A DNA stretch of 64,000 nt, from assembly GCA_029953675.1 (NCBI GenBank), contig JAMWBK010000011.1:930001-994000 (forward strand), given 5' to 3'. The position numbers and the translations under genes are program-made. A model generated the notes under the pieces. That model worked only from the letters and a program-made list of their open reading frames with translations, did not search any database and was not told the DNA's origin. Of the stretch, positions 34,201-44,158 are shown in pieces. Position 1 is the first letter of the stretch. Each line of letters opens with the position of its first letter. The DNA comes from Rhodosorus marinus CCMP1338 (lineage: Eukaryota > Plantae > Rhodophyta).

Positions 34201-34618
34201 TCAGCTTGTCCAGCTGATTGTACCTCTGCTTCTTGCCCAAAGCGCTCAATAAATAATTATACATAAATACGTTAAGCTCAACCCCAAAGCGAAAGCCTCC
34301 CCTTCTGAACTCCCCGAGCGCCGAACGAAGGTCCCCTTTGCCCACGTATGCCTTCAGCAGAGCCAGAAAATGTCGCTCGTTCACACGTCTCCCTTCTGCT
34401 CTCTCCCGTTCCAGGAGCTTAACAATATCATCAGCCCTCCCCTGCCCGCTCAACGTCAAAATCTCCTTATTCAGCCCCTTACCGCTCAACCTAGCCCCTT
34501 GATCACGCACAGCCATCGCCACTGAATACCTCTGCGGGCCCCGTGCACATCCCAAAGGCCTATCATGCCTCTCCAAACCGCACGACAATCCCAACCCAAC
34601 AAACCCGAGCCCCATCAT
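31244..34618 (-). CDS. Large P-type pentatricopeptide-repeat protein (~28-29 repeats), probably organelle-targeted
   Basis: Regular 35-aa repeats (e.g. DRVTFNTLMHAELKRGDFHASLGLFSEMVNVGIQP; NVYAYNALLSAYAKQGEAKKVEQVLAVMHREGLDY). First ATG gives MMGLGFVG, transit-peptide-like. No E/DYW or SMR domain seen. Confidence 0.93.
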   Translation of the reverse strand: MMGLGFVGLGLSCGLERHDRPLGCARGPQRYSVAMAVRDQGARLSGKGLNKEILTLSGQGRADDIVKLLERERAEGRRVNERHFLALLKAYVGKGDLRSALGEFRRGGFRFGVELNVFMYNYLLSALGKKQRYNQLDKLRGEMSERGVAFDRVTFNTLMHAELKRGDFHASLGLFSEMVNVGIQPDLFSFNTAINVAAKMDDDELAVKFFEDMRAVGFQPDAHSYGSLVNAMCRVGKIELALSVLEEMRGSAAKQSVVVWNSVLDALVEKGSMEKARDLFENILKEKFADLSTFNTYIKGFAKTGDVDSALKVLKRMPSCNLRYDKVTYATLMKTYLQGGDYDGVEMMFNRMIKGGMDPDEHCYGTLFDSYAKSRNYKAALELYDYMQGNGVSVNEHMYVSLIDVCALEETVDAIPFLRREMTKNKVKRTVRSYAALITAYGSSGRVSTAAKLFEEMQQRGIEPNVYAYNALLSAYAKQGEAKKVEQVLAVMHREGLDYDWATYQAYFTAVCKSNNKRKISRCLAEMREKGLEVGAMTLNVLIDSHVKRQDMEAAMGVFADMDRQNISPDRATYTTLMDGYLKLGDHEKVLSLFNEARRRGLQPDVVMFNVVMGSLAEGGDVDELLKQMSQMNDEDVSPSTTTYNSFVRANIEAGRLNEAELAVKRMKMSGKQPNVVSYNLLIRAAANAGDARMAFAKFGEMQGMLIRPNYESYAALISAYGKEGNLRSSVHAFNEMVERHIRLSSEVFASLIVAYGRDGDLSGAELVYEGAQRRGFDQDANLLSARMSAHIDCGEGEVAWNLYREALKLKIPLSELVFVQLARLGYLTSEENGMDVLGHMEEANVRPGVQTFSAIVADAGRMGDAERVSKVLEDAFRALRNPPVSLYTVAVEALVRCGMIQSAMSVFADAQKRKLCLAASACNQLIVRCTGESVVNVYYYMMRENLPVSIEGAVAAACTSMKMSNFDTALEILEARERSSQYCGRELLEIGVDASIRLGRIQRAQEHLKTMLERQMEPSARTYSVVLDAHIKERDFAGLWRILSKVLRKTTPQELSYHTLVKEYIQDGLLGEARATIMEMVSRGVKPERTPIDNLIESYSTSLSLAKDANVQALSEGPTPNAL

Positions 34619-35900
34619 TTCCACAAAACTTCCTTCAACCACCCCCCCCCCAAAAAAAAACAACTAGACCAGGAACCTTCCCATCCCCCAAAATCCTGCC
34701 ACCGCCAACATCCGAAAACACAAAAACCCGCCAAAAGAGCTCTCACATCAATATCCTCATAAGACAAATCCTGAAACCATACACAAAACCACCCGCGTAC
34801 CTTCGCCCCCTTCCCGACCATCTCCCAACCGCTGCCAAGCCAAATCTGTCCTCATTATATACTCCTTTTCACCATTGAAAGGAACATCAGCCATAGAAAA
34901 ACAGTTCCCTTGGCCAGGGAGAAACACCATCCGATCCACCATTTCCTCACCTCGCCCAACCCAATGAAAAACAGCAATTCTCAACCCCCTTTCGTCGTCA
35001 CTTCCTGCCATCTTCGATAGTCCCACTATTTATTTTCTAAAAACAACCTGGAGAGCATTAAAGGTCACTTTCTTACGCCTTGAAAAATATGTCAACAACT
35101 TTCGTCCGCAAGTATTGAAATGCCCGATGAGCGTGGAGGGGGACGTACATCAGGGTGGTGAAAGATGACAACAGAATGGGAAGAGGAGTTTTAGGGGAGA
35201 GGATTTTGTTTTTGTTTTTAGACCCTACGATTGATTGAATGCTTACATATGGGGTGAAATTCACCAATGATGTTGGATCACGTTGAGGAAAGGCTCTGCG
35301 TGGAGAGTATTGATTTGAAGTTACCAAATAGATTTCGTATACGATTGGATAGCAGCTGAGAAGTGTTTTGACAGTTTTTGTGGAGAGGAGGTGTAGGGTT
35401 TTCTTTGACGGGTTGGAAGCGACACGCGGCTAGCAATAATTGGGTTTCTATTCTACATGGACACGCGGGATATTTTTATTTGTTTATGTGCGATCTTCGG
35501 ATACGCGGATATGTTCCCTGGCTTGTAGTTCTGAAATGTGCGCACGATGTGGATCCATCGATGGGTAAAGATAACATGACATTGAATAAAATATAATTTA
35601 TATGATAAATATTCATTCTAAAACTTGAATTTGAGACATATTTACTTCCTTGAGGATGTTTTGATATTGAAAAGACGAAATTTATGATGCTACTGGACTT
35701 CAAACGCAGATCGAAATAGTGCAATTATTACCGAACGATTCATCTGGTCAAGTTGAGCAAAGATGGGAATCGATCCACTTGATACCGTCCATTTCATTGA
35801 TTCGGCGTTTGTCAACTGACTTGCGTGCGCGGCCCTCGATGCTACTGGCTGAGCTATTCGCTGAGACTGAGGTGGATCATCTGACTGGATATACTGGAGG

Positions 35901-36690
35901 ATGATGGGATTGACAAGACTCCTGTTGATTCTGGTTGGCCTTGCTGATGTACTGCTGGCGCTTCGGTTTGATGTAGAGGATAGGTTGAAGAGGTGTATCC
36001 TAGAACCAGTACATGCCGCACAGACTTTGAGAGGATCCTACTCTGTCCTTCCGCGTGGAAGGGAAATTGTAGTTGAGGTGAGAGAAGCCGAGACTGGTCG
36101 ATTGCTGTACAGTTCCACGGGAGGGGATGAGCTGTTCGAGCTCACCGCAAAAGTTGACGGGCGGCTCGAGTTTTGTTTTCAAAATGTGACGGAGAGGACG
36201 CACACAAAGGTACGAAATGAGCAAAACTTTCAAGCGTTGAGTGTGCGATACTAGAATCGTTGTAATTGGGACTCCCAAACACAGGTTGATTTCGAGCTTG
36301 TGCTTGATGAGCAAAGCGACCATCTTGCTAGCCTTGGAGATCGAATCGCAGCTTCCACCGTGCTATCCCTGAAACTATATCAAAAGTTGGAATCCTCTCT
36401 TTCCCGGGTACAAAGCTTTGCGCACTCATTCAATCGACGTCGACTAGGCAAGCAAATCCCCGTCAAGCACTATGTATCGAAGCCATGGATTCGAACTCAC
36501 AAATACGACGCTGAACTATGAATCAGGCCTGGAACGGGTCTGGGGAAACTTGCGGCTATGGTCATGGTTGGAATTGATTTCCGTTGTCCTGGTCTTCGCT
36601 TTTCAGGCAGTTTTCTCAACTCTCAAGTTTGGAAGATCGTGCGTTCCGAAGAGGCCATCTCGATCGCCCTCTCACAGGACGAACTTATAA
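35901..36690 (+). CDS. p24/EMP24/GOLD-family cargo receptor-like protein (spliced)
   Basis: Signal peptide; GOLD-like segment (..DGRLEFCFQN); intron 36210-36284 (GTACG..CAG) joins in frame; probable second intron 36408-36447; C-terminal TM WSWLELISVVLVFAFQAVF. Confidence 0.62.
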
Positions 36691-38067
36691 GCTATGCGGA
36701 CAGCTCTCTCAAAAGCAATCAGCGACAACCCTAGTCATCGTCAACGGGTAAGCAAAGATCCGTTCGCTCGTGCTACGGGAGATGATTCTTCGTCGAAAAC
36801 TTCAACCTGACTGAACTGGCTGCTCCAAACCAGGACATCCAGGTGGTAGCAAAGAATCTGTACAACATCCTTAGACCGGTGAGATATTCTGGTGAACCCA
36901 ATTCAGGATCTCGTCAACGACGGAAAGGTCTGGAAGGCGGAATGCTGCCCACTGAGTAGAAAGCAGTCCACACTGCGTTGACCAGTGTACTCATGCCTCC
37001 TCCTCATTCCTCATACGAGCGGATCCTTTGTGAGCTGAGCGCTCCTGGCCATGAAAATGTGGCGTTACAATAGCATTCTATACTCGTTTGAATTGCTTTT
37101 TATTCGTGCCCTGCGCGTTCCTGAACACGTAGTTTGCTCGCGAGCTGCAAATCTATTGCAATCCTTCCCTGTGTTTCGCACTGGCTCGTTTGCCGTTCGG
37201 TCATCTCCCCGAGACATGGGGCAGTCCATGGCGATTCCCACTACAAGATGACTTTCTGTATGGGTTGCACAGATCATTTCATTCCTATCCTAGGTAGATG
37301 GCTGTCCATCACGGCTTCCGTTCAGGATACGTACAGCTTGCACCGGCTCGTGCACCATCTCCAAAGTAGCCGATAGTCATTCGTACTTCTCGCGTACTAC
37401 CGCACGTTCCCAGACGGAGGGAAGCGGAGAAGCCATTCACTCACGCCCCGCAGGGATTTTCCATGAGGTGAAGCTCAACTTCCTTTTCATGGCGTCGTAG
37501 ACAGGCTCAGATACCAGCGTCAACGGCTAACCACACACAAAGCAAAGTGCAACCGCTGGTTTCGTTGAGTCAACCTTGTCAAAAGGCCTATTTATCCAAA
37601 GTTGAAGCGGGGATCGGAGCAAGATCTACTATCCCATGACATCTCAGTTTAGGCTTGCCTTTCATGTGCTCATCGAAAGTAGAAGCATGCCTTCTCACCC
37701 TGAAAAGAAAAAAGCAATAGCCTGCCCCCGTCTCCGGTTAGGTGAGGGAGGTGGTTCGTGAAGAATCCTATACTGTTAGACCGCTTCTAAGGTTGCCCTT
37801 GAGCTGCCAGATCGGTGCGTCCATCGAAGCACAAGCTACCCTCGATCCGATCCTCAGATCAGAGCTTCTCTGCTTCCCCTTTGACTTTGCCAAGGCTTCG
37901 TGATGGCTTCGCGCAGCGCAGAACGAAGCAATGTCCTTGTACAGCCGAGCGGCTAGGTTTTGCTGAGACCCTTTGCGCTGGGCATCGCCTCTGGATAAAA
38001 ACCCCGGAGACCTTTGGAAAGGAAATTTTGGAGGTTTTGAGGGGCGCAAGAGAAAGAATCTGGAGCA

Positions 38068-39075
38068 ATGCTGAAGCGCGTGGTTCGAGATTTAGGTCCT
38101 GGAGCAGCTCTTCGGAGCGCCAGGGACATGGTGTCTGGATCTAGCCAGTACGGCTACCAGCACTGGCTGTTGCATCCAAAGTACCCGTACTACCTTCTCA
38201 CGGCGATGTTTCTCTTTCAGAGCTTGTTGAGCGGTGGACGAGCTCAGCCGGCTGCGCAGAATGACATGCCGCCAATCTTTGGCGCGGTCGTGTTTGTGTA
38301 CCTGGTCGGCTCGGCTTTGTTGTCGGGTGTGTGTCTCGCCGGAGCGTGGCCACTGATCATCCAGAGCGCACGAAAATACGGCATCGTGAGACTGTTCTAC
38401 CACCGATCGCCGGTGATGAGCATTGGAGTTGAGAGATGGGTGTTTTTCTTCTACCTTACGACTCTCACCAGCGTGATAGAACCGCTGTTAACCGCGGTGC
38501 AGGGAAAGCAGGCCTCACCTTCTGAGATTATCAATATTGTGGGTCCGGTAAGGATTGTCAAACGAAAGATGGCCGGTCGCTACAATACGTCCGACTCGTT
38601 TCTAATCAGTGCCCAACGTGTCTTTACGGGGTTAGATCTTCTGTGCATTCTTCAACGCATCTTGTCAGTCGCCTCAAAGCATTATGCTGCTGACAACCAT
38701 CTCGATCCGGAAGATCCTTCGAAGCGCTCTAAAGGCGTCGAACATCCCATCGGCTCCCGAGATCTACAAGGTCAGCTCCGGCGTTCTATCGGCAGCAACC
38801 GCGATCGTTGCTGCCACTCCGTTCTTCTTGAAGCATTTCGTTAGCTTCCAAATCATTACCAACAAAGGCGAATGGCTGCTTGAGTCGCAGAAGGTGAGAC
38901 TCATCGCTCGCTCCAAAGCCAGTCCTGTCTGCGCTAACAACGCCTTGGGTCGTCGTTCCGCTTCGTTGTCCAGGTTGCGAACGTCATCGTCATCGTGTTC
39001 TCGATCTTGTCCATTATCATACCCCCTGAGCTCGGGAAGAAGCCGCCCAGGCCGACAAGACAACATCAAGACTAG
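38068..39075 (+). CDS. Multi-pass membrane protein of unknown function (spliced)
   Basis: Several hydrophobic segments over linked ORFs. Acceptor at 38635 and intron GTGAGA..CCAG ending 38973 give a last exon VANVIVIVFSILSIIIPPELGKKPP. Exon structure partly inferred. Confidence 0.5.
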
Positions 39076-39359
39076 TGAACACTTTTCAAAAGCTATGTAG
39101 AAAACGTAGCTGAAGTCGAATAACGAAGTCGTCTTGGAGTTTGGACGGATGTTACTCGATCGCAATGGGATACAAGATGCTTCACCAGAAGCAAGCTTGG
39201 ACGGTACATGTTCAGTTGTATGCTTCCGCTGCTTCCGAATGGGCTGGCTACCAAGCTGGAAGTGTGTGGTGCTGGACTCCGCATCCGTTGTGGTCTTGGT
39301 TTCTTCGTTCTGGATGAAAGGCTCATGTGGTTTACATAAGAACTGATTTCTTTTCTCCT

Positions 39360-40871
39360 CTATACACTAATGAGGACGCTCCACGCGGTTTTGTCCTCGA
39401 GCTTCTCGGTCGCGAACTCAACGGTTAGAAATTTTTCGATGACGTACATTTGCGTCCTTAGGTGTGGAGTGATCTCTGTACAGGTGAACTCTCCACCCCT
39501 CCCGAGCGCCATCGGCAGCAGCATTTGGTCGGCGAGGTACTCGGACACGAGGGCGTCTGAGGACAGGTACTCTCTGATCCGCTTGCAAAGGGGGACCAAC
39601 TGAGAGCTCATATGCACCTGAAGAAATTTGGACGTTTTCGCTGCTTTAGAACAGATCAAAGATGCGGCCCGAGCTTCCGTGTTCGACCCCATCTAACCTT
39701 TCTCGGCTTGGCGAGTGAAGTGAAGCACTCCGTCACATTCTCGGAAACAATCGATGCGTTAAGGACCATTCCGGGCGAGTCGCTTTCCCACTCGTCGAGG
39801 TACACGCCCACCTCTCGCCAATCCATCGACTCCGTCAGTTCCCTCACCTGATCTTGGGCATATCTGAACCCGTGCCCGGCAAAGAGACAGACCACCTCCT
39901 TCCGCAGCACCCTTCCGCGATCGACGAGCTCTAGAAACTTGAGCTTCTCCTTCGGCGTCGGCTTCAATCGGACATGAAATCTACCACCGCCAGCAGGGAA
40001 GAACCCTAAGAGAACACATGTGACAGCAACAACAGCATCAGCGAAATCGGATGAGGTCATGGATGCCACTGGGAGCGGTGCAAGGCAAAGAAAGACAGAG
40101 ATCAAGCCGGAGGCCGTTTCATTCCACAACGCTGCCAACTTTCGCCTTCTTCAAGCTGCTTTCAGGTCTCGAAGAAATCTATATCGCACTGGCTTCTCGT
40201 CAAGTAGGTTGCGGCTGAATCTCACCCGGTCTTTGAAGCAACGCCTGGCATTCTGGTCCTAGTAACCGCAGCATAGGTAGGTAGCTGTTTTGTAGAAAGT
40301 CGAATGTTGGAGCCATTGGATTATGCGTTCCGCCTCGGAAAGTGAGGAGTGAAGGTCCGTCGAGGCACATTAGCGCTGGAAGGACGGTTTGGCAGACCAG
40401 CACGGCGCTTCCCGCCGTTGACACGGAGAACTCGTACTGGCCGGTGATGGGGTCACGCGGGTGGAACTCGAGGGTCTTGGATCCAACCTGTGCCCCGCGG
40501 GTGTTCGCCGAGCAGATCTACCCAGTAGTTTGATAGAAACGACGCTGAGATCAGTCCGGTTTTTGAAGTTTGATTGGCCATCCACTTTCTCTCCCTCGAT
40601 CGCTCACCTGCTCGGCAGCCCTGACGCATGTCAAGTGCTGCTCTCCAAGTCCGCCAACCACGCGATTTGCCCTTATCTGCTCAATTCGAAATGGCTTCCC
40701 GGTGACTGCCGAGAGTGTCAGTGCGGTGCGCACGGTCTGTCCGCCACCCTCTCCGACGCTGCCATCGAGCACGACTAGTCCACGGGTCCCAGCGAAAGGA
40801 GCGCCAGCCCTGTTTCTCACCACATGAACCGCGCTTAGCCTGGACAAAGCTCGCGTCGAGCCCATCCACAT
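39360..40871 (-). CDS. rtcA: RNA 3'-terminal phosphate cyclase, bacterial-type sequence, four exons
   Basis: [20 protein letters not shown]; [15 protein letters not shown]; GGTHNPMAP; GFFPAGGG; [19 protein letters not shown]; HLRTQ. Three GT-AG introns restore the frame (AAEQ|ICSA, QRPG|FFP, KPRK|VHMS). Confidence 0.92.
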
Positions 40872-41666
40872 CAATACTGAACTTGTCCACGGCTGTTTCA
40901 AACCATCCGCGATGCCACAAGTCGTCTCCTGCTCGAGGAAGACATTAGCAGCGATTGCTTCGGCGTCGATGAGAAGTCTTCAACGGACGACCGCGGAAGA
41001 GGCTTCAAAGTTCAAGGTAGTGGAGCCCAGACGGTGCGAACCCTCTCCACGCACGCTGGCTCCACCGACAAAAGCTTAACTCGAACTCCGGACTATCGGG
41101 GAGGATGCTCGGGATTGAACAGACTGTTTGAGCCTGGAAGCGTTCCATTAAAACGTTTCCATTAGAGAAGGCTACGGAGAAACCTCTGAGTGATATTATA
41201 CACACATTCCAGACGCTCCATCCGGCTCAGTCCCATGGGGCTGGGAACCATCTGTTTAAGATTCTCCCCAAAGGGACGATACTACAGCTGAGCGGACCTA
41301 TTTCAGCCTGGAAGCTTTCTATTAGAGCTCTCCAAGCTATTTGAAACGCTCTGAATCTAATCTAAAGGTCCTCTAAATGCTTCTACGAATCACTTTGCCT
41401 GGCCTGAAAATCTGAGCTGTCGGAAGACCTTCTTGAGGGCCGCTCCTCGATGGTGTGTAGGTGGGAAGGTGACGTGAACTGAAAGGAATTCATCTAAAAG
41501 TGAGGACGTGAGCCATTTTCTGTTTCAAAGGTTTAGTTTCATTCTATCTGTGTGTTCTCTACTCAGTTCACGAGGACTTTGGCTTCATAGGGAGCATGGA
41601 ATCGTCTCTCAATTCGTCGCTGAGCGCGGCGCTGTGAACGGCGTTCGGCGAGCTGTTGCCGAGACC

Positions 41667-44082
41667 ATGGGGCGCGGACGAATGTCGATAGCCGGACTTT
41701 TGCTGCTGATTATAGTATTCCTCTTCGCGGAATGGACAAGTGGCGCGCCTAGCAGAGAACGGTATCGATACCTGTCTTACGCGGAGATTAACGGGGGGAT
41801 GAAATTTCTGGCGGCGAGGTACAGCGATATCATTCGAGTGTATTCAGCGAATAAGGAGCACAACATTCCCTCGCCTGGGCTTTGTCGAGGGGATCATACT
41901 CAGAAACAGACAGTCCCGTGTGAAGTGCAAATTGCTGAGCTTGGAGTGAGGCCCATTGACAGATCTCGAGCTCAGGTACGAAGGGGAACAAGCCTGGTTT
42001 GTGCTCATCTGTGATGCGGCTAGGAAGGAGACGTTTTGACCCTTTTCGGGCTTTTGGTCTTTCTTCTTCCTGAAAGGTTATCATAATCGGCAGTATTCAT
42101 GGTGACGAGCGACTCGGAGCCCAGATCGCGTTCCATCTGATCAAGCTCTTGGCAGTGAAGTACAAGCAAGATCCCTGGATACAGCGGCTGCTGAGTACCC
42201 GACGTATTGTTGTCGTTCCGATGCCGAACCCGTCCGGATACGACCGCTCGATGAGGTACGAAGAGGTTGAGGGGGAGCTGGTAGATCCAAATACCGACTT
42301 TCCAATTGATCAAAGCAACCCGAGCAACTGTATGAAGTCAACTACCGCCAGGATTATCAACGAACTGTTCCAGAGTAGTCTCTTCCGGATTGCAGTGGTA
42401 AGCACCTCACCTCGAGGGCAAGAAAGGGACGGAGTTGGGAACCCATTACGTGCTCATCGCAAAACAGTTCTCTTGTTGTCTGAGCAGATCTTTCATTCGA
42501 AGAAAACGCCCTCGATCGGGTACAGCTGGGGCAGTGAGGGGCGATGTACTGAACATGCAATGAACGCTACCGACCACCCCTCCTGGGCGAGTGGAAGGAG
42601 CATATGTACAGCCGGGTACGACACACCCGACGAGCTGGCAATGAGGCTGCTCGCTCAGCATATGAGTACGTTTGCAGGAGATTTTGGCGGAGATTCGTAC
42701 AAGGTAAGGGCGTGTGAACCCGTCTGAATTTGGAACGTACGTGAGAAGGAGCATTCTCACCCCCGTTTGCAATGGGATACCTCCAGGTGGGTAGTCTCAA
42801 TGATCCCGAGCTCGATTCGTCGTTTCCGACGACCATGGTGGACTGGGCGTATGCCGGTTCGTTTACTGACAACATGACGAACTGCAAACCGTCGACCCAC
42901 GGGGGGTACCCGCTGGAGTACACGACCTACAACGACGTATCGAACCGGTGCGTTTCCTACAGCGTTGAGACTTCGAGGGAGTCATCGCCGGCTGAGAAGG
43001 ACCTGGGGGAGCCGCGTGGCCTCTACGCAAGGAAGGAATCGAACGGCAATGGGCACATTCCGAGAAACCTGAGATTGGCTTTAATGGCTATCGATGTTGC
43101 CAACCCGTACATTTTTTTCCTGAATTCTCCCGGGGCAAAGGTGAGACGCTGCTACAAAAAGTCAAGCAAGAGGTTTGGTGCGACCAGTGCTCTAAGTGAT
43201 CCGGGTCGTCATTGCACGACTGTGTTCAGGTGGACCTCACCCGAGGAGGCGTTCTTCGACTGAAGTGGAGCATTGGGGGAGCGTTTGAAGTTGCTGAGAC
43301 GTTTATTGAGTTTGAGATCGAGAGCACGAAGGAAAAGTTCACCACGAAGGTACAGTCCGGAGGTTCCATGTGGGCTCAAAACTACGGAAGAGATGGCTAC
43401 GAGAAGCGCTTCGACGTGATACAAGGTATCAACTTGATGTTCTCCGGGAGTTCAAGCACAAAGTGGGCGTACTCTGAGACGATTCGGATCTTGAAGTATA
43501 TCCCGCTTGAGGTGCAGAAGACGGGATCCGATATGCTCGTTCGAGCAGTTGCAAAGGTAGGAGACTGGCTGCCTCCCGCAATGCCCTAGTTTGACGCTGA
43601 CTAATGCTCGGTGGAGTCGTCATCGCTAGGTTGACTACTCATGGGCCAACGTTACCGAGCAAACGGTCATGGCTTCAAACGGAAGCGAGGTGGTTGTTAA
43701 GTCTTTTGGCGCGGAGTCGCATCTGGCTAGGTCTAGAGCAGATCCACATTGGCTCAAACGGTCTCTAGGGTACGAGGTGAGGGGTGACGAGTTCATCTAC
43801 TCGGACGTTGTTCGGATGAGGCTGCCGCCGAAGACTCTGAGAAACTCTCTGTACGGGTACGTGCTGGAGCTCGTGCTGTGCGCTCTGATAGTCTGCTTCG
43901 TACCACCCCTTGTGCTGGTGATGGTCTGGAGAAAGGTTCCAGCGGCCAACTACGTCCAGCGAAACATGAGGCGGGCAATGCGCACCTTTTCGAAGAAGGA
44001 TATTGCGGATGAGGCGGCACGTCTTAGAGAACAGAAGAGGACGACATCCAAAGTTGATGTCAGTAGGGCACTCCTAGGGTAG
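41667..44082 (+). CDS. M14-family zinc carboxypeptidase-like type I membrane protein (multi-exon)
   Basis: Signal peptide; IIGSIHGDERLG (HxxE) after the first intron; VVPMPNPSGY; DPNTDFP; FHS..IGYSWGS; YSVETS; C-terminal TM (VLELVLCALIVCFVPPLVLVMVW) followed by a basic tail. Confidence 0.8.
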
Positions 44083-44158
44083 CAGAGACGAGGGCATGAC
44101 GGACAAGCCAAGCCCTGTACATATTTATAGCTCCCGTTAGTGTTGATGGTACTGTGGT

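Noticed and set aside
36790-36960. Short frame FFVENFNLTELAAPNQDIQVVAKNLYNIL, faintly like casein kinase II beta
   Set aside because: No CPR..C..CP.C zinc motif or further exons could be assembled; the similarity is too weak to call.
38068-39100. MscS mechanosensitive channel as the identity of the membrane protein
   Set aside because: No MscS beta-domain or GD.I-type motif is present.
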